DNA from: Psilocybe cubensis
Lineage: Eukaryota
DNA length: 64,000 bases
Assembly: GCA_017499595.2 (NCBI GenBank)
Contig: CM039002.1
Coordinates: 868,001 to 932,000, forward strand
Reading direction: 5' to 3'
Part shown: in pieces, positions 1 through 13,048 of the stretch
How positions within the stretch are numbered: position 1 is the first letter of the stretch
Layout of the letters: the number at the start of each line of letters is the position of its first letter
The notes under the pieces: model-generated
Told to the model about the DNA's origin: nothing
The model's input: only the letters and a program-made list of their open reading frames with translations
The model's database searches: none
Program-made: the position numbers and the translations under genes

Positions 1-91
1 GACTGGAGCACAAAAATCAAAAAAATAAAAAGAAGAAAAAAATGGCGATACAGGCGGTGGATACATTATGGGCAGCTCAGTACCCATATCT

Positions 92-808
92 CTAGAAAAA
101 TACGAGAAGGAACAAAGCTAAAGCAAACGTTAAGCTAAAAATATCGGTATGGGTCCTTAATGCTCCAGCGCTGATATTTGCTGTGGAAATTGCCCCGGGC
201 GGTGAGGTAGAAGAAACTGCGATTTCTGTAGAACTGCCACCATTGTTGAGGTCTTCCCAGTCAGGCTCTCCTGTTGTGTTGCAGGAACTCATCAAATCTG
301 TATCAACAATTTCAGCCTTAATGCCAAGAACGTTGTACAAAAGGCATACCCGCTATATTCCCGTCGACTACAGTTTTATTGGCCATATTCGCGTCTACAA
401 CACATTTCTCGCAAGTTTTGAGATCGTTCATGACTCCGGGATTAGTGCATATGCACTCATAATCTGCCCCACACATTGGATCCTGCCAGTGATAAAACAT
501 CTGTATTCAGACATTTTTATAGAGATATAGTTCTATAAATGAACGCACTTGGAGGTACGAAAGGAAGTCTTGACATTTGCAAGAAGCAGGGAGGCTTCCA
601 ATGTCTATCAAACTAGACTGGCGTGGATATAAATTAGTAAGAGATGCGGCAACCTTTACACGAGAAGCGTCCGCTAAAATGAGATGTCCATAATTAAAGC
701 CTAGTTTTTTAGTGGCGAGCAGTCAATTTGGAACCTACCGGCGTCTAATGTGGAGAATAAAGCAGTTGCTAAAGTTGCAACAGCTGACAACTTGCTCCAA
801 GAAGGCAT
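92..808 (-). CDS. Secreted, 8-Cys CFEM-like, probably GPI-anchored cell-surface protein (4 exons)
   Basis: Spliced reading: signal peptide MPSWSKLSAVATLATALFSTLDA; YPRQ; PASCKC..MCGADYECICT..CEKCVVDAN..SSC (8 Cys); Ser/Thr-rich linker; hydrophobic C-terminus FSLTFALALFLLVFF*. Three GT-AG introns. Confidence 0.75.
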
Positions 809-1167
809 CTTTTGATAACTCTGTTGACGACTCGTCGGGGAGTATTGGTGTCACTCATAAGCTATCATTTTGTAGGTTTTATACGCACTGTATTGAAACA
901 CGATGTCATTCAAAAGACCTAGTACGTAACCTTTGAAACGATTGCGATGGATAAAATTTAAAAACCATGTGGAAGGTCTATTTTGTATTCTACGGTGAGG
1001 TACACAGATCACACTGTGGGTTAAAGGCGCACGCTAAAGCGGGGTGCTTCGGCTGGGCCTACTATTGAACATACCGTCCTAGACCATAAAGGAAGACTAT
1101 AAAGAACTGAGCTGAGTTTTGTCGGTAAGGTTGTTTCCAAGTTACCATGCTTGATTGTGTTTGTGAC

Positions 1168-1878
1168 AGGACCCGGGAAGCTCCCGTACAGGCATGTCCG
1201 GATTTTCGCGGATTTGAGGCCAAAAAATGGCAATTTCTTTGTCCAGTTCTCGCGGATTTGAGGGCGCCGCAGGCAAAATTTTGGCCAAACAAAGTCCGGT
1301 TTGGCGGATTTGAGGCCCATATTTTTAAAAAACTTCTGTAGTAATTGTTCAAAGGCGGCATGCCGCAACCATTTTTTCCCAGATGCAGCTAATTGTTGGC
1401 CAAATTTGGGGCCGGGATCCTGCTTAGATTGCAATGATTGGCCAGCGTCTATTATCTAAGAGCGGTAGACGATGGAAATCAACGGAAACGCACAGTAGTA
1501 AATCGAAGCAAGGTTACATTTCCTATATACAGCATATTGGTGAAACTTGAAGACGTCTTTTCTCTGTTACCCTGACATATTTCTTCACTATCCTGATAAC
1601 TAGTAATGGAGGTTCCACCTCCTCAAAATCCTTCCCCTCGAGGCCTGTAACACCTAAATATCTACTCCATATGTTTCTTTTGCAATCAATTAATGACTTG
1701 TCGAGCCGTCGAGTGGTTTTGCAAGCTCGCCCCGCAGGGCTGAAAAAAATTCCTAATCGGGAAAGCCCCTATCGGGCATTGTCCGGTTTCGCGGATTTGA
1801 GCCCCAAAATCTCGCGGATTTGAGGGCAAAAATTGGGATCCCAGGCGGACATGCTTATAGGGGAGCTTCCCGGGTCCT
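1168..1878. mobile_element. Non-autonomous DNA transposon (MITE), 711 bp, 33-bp TIRs, 8-bp TSD
   Basis: Left end AGGACCCGGGAAGCTCCCGTACAGGCATGTCCG versus reverse complement of right end AGGACCCGGGAAGCTCCCCTATAAGCATGTCCG (30/33 identical). Identical TTTGTGAC flanks at 1160-1167 and 1879-1886. No transposase ORF. Confidence 0.9.
1208..1824 (+). repeat. Five subterminal copies of GCGGATTTGAG within the MITE
   Basis: Exact copies at 1208, 1252, 1304, 1791 and 1814, all on the same strand. Confidence 0.9.
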
Positions 1879-2290
1879 TTTGTGACGTCTCCGGTCGGAA
1901 TGAGACCACAGTTCACCACCGCACACCAAAACACATGAATTTTGGTTTTCTGTTCGTATAAGATCCCAAATGGGAAGTGGCCGAGAAATGGAGGAAATAG
2001 GAAGAGATTCAATTCGTTTCTTTCATTTGAGGGAAGAGCTTTTTAAAAATACCGACCAAGTCCCAAACAGGCTCATCAAGGAAATGATGGCACACCATTT
2101 GCCGGGCGCTTGTTGCTTCTCAATTACACCCGAAGGGAGATCTCAACTCAACATGATATTAACATCACATTACTTTCTGGGAGAAGCTAATCATCAAGGA
2201 ATTATGGCAAATGGTATTGGTATATAAGATACTGGTCGTCATATTTGGTGCGTCACTATTTGGAAAGATTGTCCAAGCCTACTGGTAGTT

Positions 2291-3134
2291 CTAAGCAATG
2301 ACCACCATCCCGAGCCCTACCCAAAGGAGAGTTACAAGGGCGATGTTCATAGTTTTATCAACGGCTCCATTAAAGGGATTTGTTTGGGGTCCATTAGTGT
2401 TGCCACCGTTGCCGTTGTCGTTGTCGGTATCTGGGTTTGTACCTGTTGACGGACCGCTTCCACCACCCGGATTGGTGGCAGTAGGCGAAGTTGCAGTTTT
2501 TGTAGAGGTGCTAGTACGACTGGTGGCAGTGCTTCCACTGCCTCCAAGGGAAGTATTGCTTCCGGAGCCCCCACCGACGCCGGAGATAGGGTGGCCAGCG
2601 TCGCTGCAGCCATCCACAAAGTCTAGTAGAAATAAGCAGGAAAATTCGTTGTAAGTGTTAGAAAAAGCATAACTGTGTATTGTATCGCACCTTTAACGGC
2701 TTGGTCAATATCCGACTGTGTTAAACCAGGAATATTTGCATCAACGAGACATTGCTGACAGGCATCGAGTGTTTTAGCCACTTGTGCTGTGCATATGCAC
2801 TCTAGATCCATGCAGTTTTGTTGCTAATGAGCGAGGAGAACATTTCGAATCAGAAAGGTTGAACATGTATTGCTAGAACGATGAAACATACTCCGATTGC
2901 AGCCAAATAGTCGGCGCACGAGCCTGCAAGGCACGATGATGGGATTTGGTCTGGGTCAAATCCGTCGAGTTGTCGAGAGTAGAGTAGTCCAGGGATTCGT
3001 ACTGGCTTAGCACTGACTGGAGAAATCGAATAAATACTCCATGAAAGAAGGAACGCGCAATGAGACAACCTACTGGAGGAAACAGCGAAGGATAATGTCG
3101 CGGCTGCGAGGGCACCGGCAGATGAAAACAACAT
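2291..3134 (-). CDS. Secreted, 8-Cys CFEM-like, probably GPI-anchored protein; paralog of 92-808 (4 exons)
   Basis: MLFSSAGALAAATLSFAVSS signal; YSRQ; PSSCLAGSC..QNCMDLECICT..CQQCLVDAN..DGC; G/S/T/N-rich stalk; hydrophobic end IALVTLLWVGLGMVVIA*. Introns at positions equivalent to those of 92-808. Confidence 0.8.
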
Positions 3135-4762
3135 GACAATATACAAGCGACGTGAGTATGGACTTAAACTAGAGACGTAGGATGCTGGGTGTAGAGCACT
3201 GGAGGAACTCAGGGAAGGAAGAGTCCTATTTATGCGCGTCTGCACTCAGGAACGAGTAATACACCCCAGCCATTTTGGATTTAATGTACCTGCCAACCGC
3301 TCACCATTCGGTAAGCTCAAATTCCCCAAGACAACTTCAATAATTGCCTCAAGACAGACTTGCACAGGTTATTTCCCGATTGAGAAGGCCATTTTACTTT
3401 TTGTAGTCTTCCGGAGACGCTGCGTTCTATATTTCTCTGTCAAGCCTATTCTCATATGATATTTACAGAATACGACTTACAACCTTCAGGCATATACTGT
3501 CTGGTTCTACTGGCTGACCTGGCGCCCAGCCTGCCGCGGGATCAAAGCTGTCAAGAATGAGTAGACCCTGGATCCACGTTCACTAATGATTCCGTCCATT
3601 TGCTAACCGAATGATGGCGGGCACCGCATTGAACAGGTTAATGACCATGCATAAGTACTGAAGTGTCTTCAACGCCTGCCCCAAGTGAGAGCGCCCTCTG
3701 TCATCTGCCATGCCGTGAAGGCGCGCAAACGCAACCCAAGACTCTTGAAAGCTATGCATTTGAAAATGTCGATATGAGAAATTGACGCACAACATGGTTG
3801 AGGTTCAATAAGTAGAGGCGTTCGTCCTTGCAGGGTAAATCGAGAGGCGATGAATCGGAAGGAACAACAAACTTTAGACAACCTGGTCATACTGTGCGCC
3901 CTGCAGTGTGGCGGTTCAGCCAGCAACACATGACTTTCTGGCAAGTTTCTGAAGAGGCGACGCCGAGGATGAAGAGATAAAAAAAGGTCACGTTAAAAAA
4001 TATGATAATACTTAAAGTATATTAACGCCTTCGAGGCAGCTTTATCATATGTCATGAACGACACGATCCGGGGTGTGGCGAGACAAAAAAAGGAATGTGG
4101 TAGAGATCCTGGGCCTCGACCGATTAGCGTAGATGACTTGGACGCCCACATACTACATAGACGCTGGACCAGCGTGACCGGAGACGACCCCAGACGAGGC
4201 GATACATGTCCCAGTGCCAAGTGCTCTTGGGTGCAACGAATTGTACTTTTTTCGCATATTGGGCACCACAGCGGAAAGGCGATGAGGCGTGAGAACAGCA
4301 GACTGCTTCAACCAGCGTGTCAAGACATCTTAAAATTTATCGAGTTCCAGTTGTCTTGTGCGGAGAGCGCCTTTTATTGGTGAACCCCTCATTGAGGCAA
4401 AATCCAATCGACGGTGTTGGCCAAGAGGTCGGTGGCATATTCGGCAGCTTTCGACAAAGAAAAAATTAGACTAGAGTAACAAAGAGCAACAATCACCGTA
4501 CAAAAAGGCACATCAGCAAAACTGACCTCTTAGGCATTATACGAGTCTCGCAACGTGAATCCCCACGACAAAAAGCACCCAGTGCTGTCCGCGTTGCAAG
4601 TGCCAAACTGACGTTTTGCACCAATGACTATTGTGAAAAAAAAAATCCGGAAACCGCCAATTAAAGTCCATTTTAATCAGACATCCACCCCCTCCATTAT
4701 GCACAATTCCAAAGTCCGACGAAAAAAAAATAACCACCACCACATTTAAACCCACCAATTAA

Positions 4763-6353
4763 TTACCCAACGGTTTGCTCTGCATCCTCGCCGTCGTCTT
4801 CACTAACACCTTCTCCATCGGGGTCTTCACATCCTAGCTTGCCCTCGCCGCCCTTCCATTCTCTCTCCCACGGAGGGTCTGACAGGATGGGTGTTAGTGC
4901 CGGGTGTCCTGGTGGCAAAGACGAGCGCGCACGATGCAGACGCGCTAGCAAAGCTGATCGGTCTGAAAGAAGTGCTTGGATATGATCGATTGCTACAAAA
5001 ATGGTTAGAATATGATTGAATGCGGTAATGCGAAGAAGATGAAGAGAAAAGAGGATCAAAGAGGCAAAGCAAAAACGTAATGGAACAATCAGGAAAAGCG
5101 TATCGAAGATATAAACACATACTCTTTGACAGCACCACGTTCTCGCTTCTCGGCCCCGCTCTGCCATCTAGTCTATCCTTATCCTTATCCTCTCCGTCTT
5201 TAGCATTCTTCTTCCTGCTCTTCTTCCTGGGTGCAACCGCGGGGCCATTGCCATTGATAGCACTCCGCAAGTTTCTCTCTGCTTCTTCCTCCTCTCGAAT
5301 CGCCTCTCTTAACGCAGGCACTGTCTCGCATAACGCTTCATACCCTCTCCGAATATTGGCGCGTCGCTTTTGCTCTGACTGTATATGATTTGCCTTCTTC
5401 TGCGACGGCGACAGCAGAGTCTGCTTCGATGGGCCTGATTGCTGCTGTTGTTGCTCGTGTGGCCTCTGACCATGGATAGGAGGAGATGTAGATGATCGTT
5501 GACGCTTGGCCGACGCGTCGTTCATACCATGTGGCAGTCGGGGGTGCGAAGAGGAGGATGCACCAGCGTCGGAGGCGCTTTGTATCGACTGATGGGAGGC
5601 TGTTGATGCTGTGACAGCGGGAGTCGATCGGGAAGCTGATAAGCGTGTATTTCGCGACCCGGAGGGTATTTGTGGCTGCTGCTGATGAGGTATATGGACC
5701 TGTTGAGGGGGATGTACAGAGATGGTCATCGGGTTGTGAGATTGATGAAAACCACCATATGGAGATTGAGGCGAAGTAGGTGAGGAATGGCTAGAAGAAA
5801 CTGTGTTCATGGGAGGCACCTGGTGCCGTAGATGGGAGGGATGCATTGGATATTGCAGTTCCTGGGATTGCTGCGGTTTGTCATTGAGAAAAGGGAAGAC
5901 GTCGCGTGAACTGGAGAAGGAGTTGTGTCTTTGTTGCTCTTGTTGCTGCTGTTGCCGGTGCTGGCGTTGATGCTGCAGCACCTGCTGCTGGTGGACTAGC
6001 AAGCGCTCATGCTCCTCCCGATCATATTGCGACATTGTATGCCCATCTGCTCCATATGTGTGCCGCCGCTGGTGGTGCATAGTGGATTGGTGATCCATCA
6101 TTGAGGATCCATTGTCCCATGAATTGGAATCCAGAGACATAAGGTCCTTTGTCGCCTTTGTCAACGCTTCACGATGTTCTGGATTGGCCTCCGGATCATG
6201 CTGCGAGTCTTGTGGGGAATATATTGATGGATTGGAACTATAGAGTGCCCATTCTGATGATGAGATCGACATGGCTTCTGATTCTGGATAGTCGAGAGAC
6301 GAGAGAAAAGACTGAAAAGCATTGCTCTCGGAAGGAGATAGAAGGGACTGCAT
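4763..6353 (-). CDS. bHLH(-ZIP-like) transcription factor with Q/H/S-rich N-terminus (2 exons)
   Basis: Basic region/helix 1 KKANHIQSEQKRRANIRRGYEALCETVP; helix 2 SENVVLSK|TIDHIQALL joined across an intron at about 5122-4993; acidic C-terminus ending EQTVG*. Confidence 0.85.
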
Positions 6354-9300
6354 GTTGAAGGACGAAGGAGAAAGGGAAAAAAGGGTGTTCGTAGACGTGT
6401 GGTAGCCGTTGCCGCCGCCGTCGTCGTCGTCACCAACAAAGTCGATGTCGTATAATTTTTACAATGCGGGGTAAAGTCAGAAAGCAACGGTAGGGAGAGA
6501 TCGCATGTGAATACTGTGGCGGTGCAATTTTGCCTTATATGGATATGTTGGACGGATGCTTTGTTTTCGTCAGTTTAGCTTCGCCTCCTAACTCTTGAGA
6601 CGAGCAACTAATCGGCCTCCTCTGTCCAAGTGCTCTGATGGACGTGGGTCTCTGTCTGTAGCATGTGCCCAATACTCGCCATACTCTTGCGCGTTTTGAG
6701 CTCATCTACCTTATGCTGCCCTGTTATTCCGAAGGGACTCCATACACGGGCCACCACCGAATCACCAGCCGTCTTTCAGGTTTCCTCTTTTTGCTTCTCA
6801 CCTTAAAAAACCTGTCCACCGGCGGATAGCTCCATTACCACTACCTCTTTGGCAACGCAGATATTTTCTGTCACCGGAAATGTCCAGGTGCTAACAATCG
6901 TGGGTCTGATTGGTTCACATGCCAGCAAAAGATGCGCCCATGCAACTTTAACTCGTTCACCCATTTGCAGATGCCATGCCATATGCTCTCTGAGAATCAC
7001 TGCTCGGTGGATAAGGCTCCGGTTTGAAGACCATGGATGTTTGTGATCACACACTGATTGGATCACTTGTATCGAGTCTGACGAGTCACCCGCTTGCGTT
7101 GCTGAGTTCATACTCTTGGTTGAGACCACGAGACCTGGAAACCCCATCGATTCGTACCCTCTTCGAGCATTTGTTCCAATATTTCATTGGCTAAATTCCC
7201 GACTTGCTAAGTGCCCCGGACCATTTGTATGCATTCAATGATCCCTCAAATTTGATCTTCCTTGGACGACAACGGGACTTTAGGCTGGACTCTACACGCC
7301 TTTGTCGGCCTTCTGGTGGAATATTCTCGCTCAGTAACCCCGAACAGATTCAGTTGTTGTATCGATTTTCTTCCACCTTTTCTACCGATTAAAAGGATTT
7401 TTTTGGCCATTAACCTCGGCGGCCGCGTTAATTAAAGGAACCACACATCGAGGACCTGCGAGCTTAAAATCTTTTCGGCAATCAACCAGCCCAAACGAGC
7501 CTTTATGGGCGTTTACTGCACAGAATTGAACGACCGAGGTTGAACGTTGAAAAGTTGAAAAGGTACAAGTAGTCCCGTGGTGCCATGGAGAATATCCGGG
7601 GGAACTGAACATACCTGTAGACTGTAGACTTCAACATAAAACAATGTGCAACAACCGGTCGATTCATTCGCACATTTTTTTTGCCTTTCTGATTGAACAC
7701 AATGATTGCTCATTTTCATAGCAAGAACCCCGAGAAGTTCGCACACATTCGTTCTCAAGGCTCGAGGTGGAACCAAGACTTCTTCCATGGCGAACAATCG
7801 CTCTTCCTATGGGTCTACGTTGAGCATTTGACACCTGCTGACCATGGTGTTTCAGAAAATTCTATGTCGAGCAAACACATGTTTTCTCGTCCCTAATAAC
7901 ACTCAACACTGAATAGAACATGACAGACCATACGATATTACCAATGATTTTTCTAGCACATGGTTACCCACAATTTTGCTCCATAATCCGTAACGACGTA
8001 TCAAGACACGACCTACAATTATAACAGCTAAGAATTATCGTCGTTTTGACATCATATGAAATAAAAAAACTAAATCTGTAACTCCAGCTACTTGTTCTCG
8101 TTATTGGGTCGTATGGTCTATTTACACTGGTTCCTCTACATACGCAAAACTCAGATAGTAGTGTCTGAAAGTTTCAAACGTGAACGTAAGTCAAATATTA
8201 ATTCATTTTCGGCAGGTTTATATCCCGTCACTGCCACAAGGCCCTCGAACGCATGGAGAAAGGCAGCCAAAATGATATATACTCTCACATTTGAGGTGCT
8301 TTTAACTTGTCGGGATTCGAGAAAAGCTAAACTCAATCTGCATGGCCACATATCTATTTCGATGCTTCTTTTTTCTTATCTCCTGATCTTTCTTTTCACA
8401 TATACTTATTCTGGAAATAGGATTGAACACGCTTGCGTATGACTTGAATGATCATGGCCTTTCCAATCGAAATCTGGGGTATATAGATACCAAAAGCAGT
8501 TACGCGAACACTGCCAGAAGCATTTCCTAATTAAAAACGTCCAACAAGTCCCTTCACGTGCGCCCTGATTCTTTAGCTTTCGGTCTTACCGCATCGGACT
8601 TTTTTGTGAATTCTACAAGGCTTTTGTCTCTGAAAAGAAACTGTAAAAAGGTTGCATATCCACACCTCCAGATATATATTTCTTCGGTGCAAGTCGGCGC
8701 GATCACGTCATATGAATTCTCCTTTCTAAAGGTGGGAGCAACATGAGCTCTGCTGGCATGCGACGTACTGATATTCGAGGTGGGCCAACAGTAGCACATG
8801 TTTCTTGCAAGGATAGAAGCCCGCTCACCTGCCCGACCTCCCGACCTTGTCCGGTATTCTAAAACAGCCTCTAATCAATTGCAGTTACAAGACCTATGCC
8901 CCTTTGGTCGTTATAGAGGATTTTTACAGGCCAACATTCAGAATGAGTCGATGGGTGTTCTCGAACACCTGTTTTTTGCGTACCAAGGTCTTTCCGTCAA
9001 GATTATCTGTTCTATCGCCCCAGGAACATGCCATAATTTTTGACAGGTGAATCACATTAGAGTTGTTCTGTTCTTTCCGGTTTCAAATATTCGGATTTCA
9101 GGCTTCAACGAAAGATGACCCCGTTCCCAAGATCTGTTAGATCTTGGCCAATATTGACTTTGTGATCCTGGATCTTCCTTCATAATTCTTGCGCTGATGC
9201 TCTTGGTAAATGTTGACCCGAACCTGTGAGAGTGTGGAATCTTGAATCAACGAGCCTAGAAATGTATGAACCTTCAAAGATCCCCTTTCCACGGCAAAGT

Positions 9301-11599
9301 ATCTCGGCATTCCTTCGAGATAGCGGAGATAAATTCTGGGAGACGGAGCTCTCTGTTTTTGATTTCTGCATCTTGCTGCCGATAACACTGCCGGTTTATA
9401 TTCTGGAGTGAAGAACTTTGTCAGCAGATAAAGTTGGACCTGCATGGACCTACATATGCCGTTTTGACTGCCCCACACATCGACCCACATTGCCCGACGT
9501 TTTACGGCGGCATTGTTCCGTATCCCAACACTCGTTCTTGCCGCTCCGAATCAGGGTCATCCGCCGAAATGCGCCCCTTTCAACATTTGTTACTCGAGTC
9601 ATCATCCTGTCGAAGTGCTTCTAGTATATAGCGGAAAATAAGGGCGCATTCTGCATATCTCCAAGTAAATATCTAACCGTTCTCACATTGTTGTTTTCTG
9701 ACCCCTCGATGTCTAGTTCTGTGGAGCCTCGACCTCGCTTGTCCTCGCGTCTGGACGCGCAATTCTCAAGAGGACCGCACAAGGCCGCACCGACGCCATC
9801 ACAAGATTTACAATGCTTACCGGTCATCCCTGAGGGAGAAATCAAGGCCCAAGGGCTCTGAAGATCACGCCTTGACATGAACAGAGGTGTTGGCTCCGTT
9901 AAAACGGTGATAGCCGCCGATGTTCTTCAACAACCGGTGGCGCATCACATCACTCACCTCGTATCCTTGTCATATATTCTGCTCTCAAACATATGTTCTT
10001 GGGTGTTGTCGCGTATTTTGGTTACCCTTTCCCCCATTGCATCTACACCACGTTTACTGTCATAGCTCGGGTTTATCCTTACGTACTGATGTCCATTGAA
10101 GATCCATGATAACAGGGCTATCATTTGGGCGATCCTAATCCTTATCACTTTATGCGATGGAACCGCTTGCTCATTATTACGTACTGATTTCTTTCCCCAC
10201 TCGGGCTCAATTACTACAAAATTTGTTAGAGTGTCGCTAGATTAGCGGAAAGAGTTGTGCATAATTACAGACTCATTTATGGAGAGAAATCTGCCCGATT
10301 TCGGAGGCAGACAGAGTATAATCCTGCGATTTCATGGGCTTCAATATGTCATTTTTGCTTTGTCGTGATTCTTGAAGGCTTTATGAAGCATCCGGCTTGA
10401 GCTGCCCAGCTGGACTTTGAGCATTCTGCTCTCCGCACGGTCACAACATGTACCTGTCTGTGTGGAGCTTACAAATTTTGAGCAGTTTGGAAACTCCGTT
10501 GTGGGCTGCCCTGAAGACACCTTTCTATTGGGACGCAGGTTATACACTACCGCATTTTTTTCCCTTTACGTTTATGGTGATATCACAGTACCGAATTCTA
10601 CTTCAAGTTTTGACGTTGAGTTTACGTGTTAGTCTGTTTTTATGTAATATGATCCCAATAACAACAAACCTTTGGAGGTTTCTTAGCTAGAGCACAGCAG
10701 ATAGAACCGATCCTTAATCCAGTTTCATCAAGTTAAACTTCTCCGCGGCGGGGTGCTGGCACAGTTAGGCGTGCGCATGTGAGTATACACACATGAGGCT
10801 ACTCGATTATCACACATCTGGCTCACATGCTCAACTAAGAGACGGTATGTTTCATTGATTTTGCTTATTCTGAATTTCAGGATGATCAAGATATGTCGAT
10901 ATATGATTTTTTGTAAGGCGATGTGCTGATAACTTTGATCAAAGTCTAAACCACGTTGCGTTAGAAACATAAATTGATGATGATAGACCTTCTCACTCAT
11001 AGACCAGAGACATTAGGAGGTCCTTAAAAGCTCTCCCATTGGTATTTAGGGTACTTATTGAGTTTTTCTGATTGACGTTTCTTCGCTTTGTAGGTGTAAG
11101 GTTATATGCCTTTTTAAGATATAAAAAGGCTAGTGGGGTTTGACAGGTTTGATACCTATGATGGTATTGAAAATTTGAAAAGTTATGATAGCCTTTAGGC
11201 TTTAAGCTCTATTCATATTCGCCTTAACTTGCCGTCTCCAATGCAAAATTCATCTGGGTAAGTAGTTGCATCGGGGAAATATCGGGAGATGAAATCAGTT
11301 TGTCAAATGTACGAAGGAAACAAATGATGCAACTTTTCTATCGTTAGAAATTGAAAAAAGACATACAATATATAGTCTCTATAAATTCATTCCGAGTTAT
11401 TATAGGAGTCTCAACAGGCGTCTGAGAGAGAGCGGCAAGTCGATGAATGACATGGCCAGAAGCGCGGGAATTTACATGGCCTGGAATCGTCCTAATTAGG
11501 AAAGCGTACAACCACAACCGCCAACGCCAGTCAAGCCAACATTGATCTATTCATTTCTTTTCCTCACCCAAGTGCTACCACACAGATATCTCTTTAGAC

Positions 11600-12779
11600 A
11601 TGGCGGAAGTAATCGATTCGATGTTAGATCTGATGCGGAGGCTGCCACCTACGCGCACGGAAGAGAATGTCGAGGCACTTGTTGGGATCTGTCCAAACGA
11701 GGCCGACGACCTGCTGCAAAGCGTTGACCAACCCTTGCGGGTCATGGTAGATCGCGCGACTGGCCGAGAGTATCTTGCGTGCGACTATAACAGAGATGGT
11801 CTCAGCTATAGGTGCGTGATTTGGCAACACCATCTCGTTCATCATCATGTATCCCGTACGGACGATGCGTTGCCAGCGTCGCGTGCTAGGAAACGGGATT
11901 GTACTGCAAACATGCTGATTGCGCCATCAGGTCGCCTTGGTCAAATGAGTACGACCCACCCCTTGAAGATGGCACTGTGCCGTCATCAAAGATGCGCAAG
12001 TTAGAAATCCAGGCCAATGAAGCATTTGATACATATCGCGAGATGTACTACGAAGGAGGCGTATCTTCGGTTTATTTGTGGGATCCAGAGGATGCAAGTG
12101 GTAGCAACTTTGCTGGAGTAGTTGTGATCAAGAAGAGTAAGTGCATACACTCCATACCTCCCTCCACACAGTCCAACTGAATGGCTGACGCCACCCTGAA
12201 TATACTTTTTTTTAAGCAATGACACCCGCGTCGCCTCTTGAACCTGCTGGCTCATGGGACTCCATCCACGTTTTTGAGACCGCAGAACGTGGGAGACAGG
12301 CTCACTACAAACTCACATCTACTGTGATGCTTCATCTTATTACCCGGAAGGGGTCTGATAGCGAAAGCAGTAAAATTCCCGCTGACAAGAAAGGATCAGA
12401 GAAATGGAAAAGAGATGGGGAGGTCAGCCTAAGCGGCAGCATGACACGTCAGGTAACTGCTATCCAAGATCATGAATCATACACAACAGCTACATTTCCG
12501 ATGGCAGAACGAACAGGATTGGCCGCTTAACGATGCCTCATCACACATAAGTAACATTGGGAGAATGATTGAGGACATGGAGATCAAGACGCGCAACTTG
12601 CTGCAGGAGGTGTGTTATTCATTCCTGGCCCCTAGCCGTGTGATGTTGATTCGACTTTTTAGGTGTATTTTGGGAAAACTCGGGATATTGTATACGACTT
12701 ACGCAGCGTGGAAGACCTCGAAAAAGCGCGACGACAGAAGGAGCTTCAAAAGGAACTTGTGGGCTTCATCAAGCGCTGA
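11600..12779 (+). CDS. CAP2: F-actin capping protein beta subunit
   Basis: [75 protein letters not shown]; stop at 12777-12779. Confidence 0.97.
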
Positions 12780-13048
12780 CAAGGGACCTAGAAAGTCATT
12801 TATCTACGAACTGTATTATTAACTTTGGGGCGAGGATGAGTTACCGTGGCAAAAACGTGAGTTGGGATCCAATTACGGAACAGCCGGTCCTTCTGGAAGC
12901 TTTACAGTCGTTGAAACGAACTAGTATACACAAGCAGAGGTCCTGTCTGACATTGCTTCTAAGTCTTCTTCCGCGCATTAGAACCTATTAATATCGGCGC
13001 TTAAGAGCATTCTTTTTCCCATTCAAGTTATGGGGATGCCATTCTGTG

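Noticed and set aside
1021-2012. ORFs of 137, 99 and 108 aa with repeated GLKSAK/SNPR peptides
   Set aside because: They are translations of the MITE's subterminal repeats and show no transposase motifs.
7408-7436. Adjacent NotI (GCGGCCGC) and PacI (TTAATTAA) sites resembling a polylinker
   Set aside because: No other vector sequence nearby and the flanks look genomic; most likely a chance or natural short palindrome.
8540-10700. Scattered 60-120-aa ORFs that might be a degraded gene
   Set aside because: No recognisable motif and no consistent exon chain could be built.
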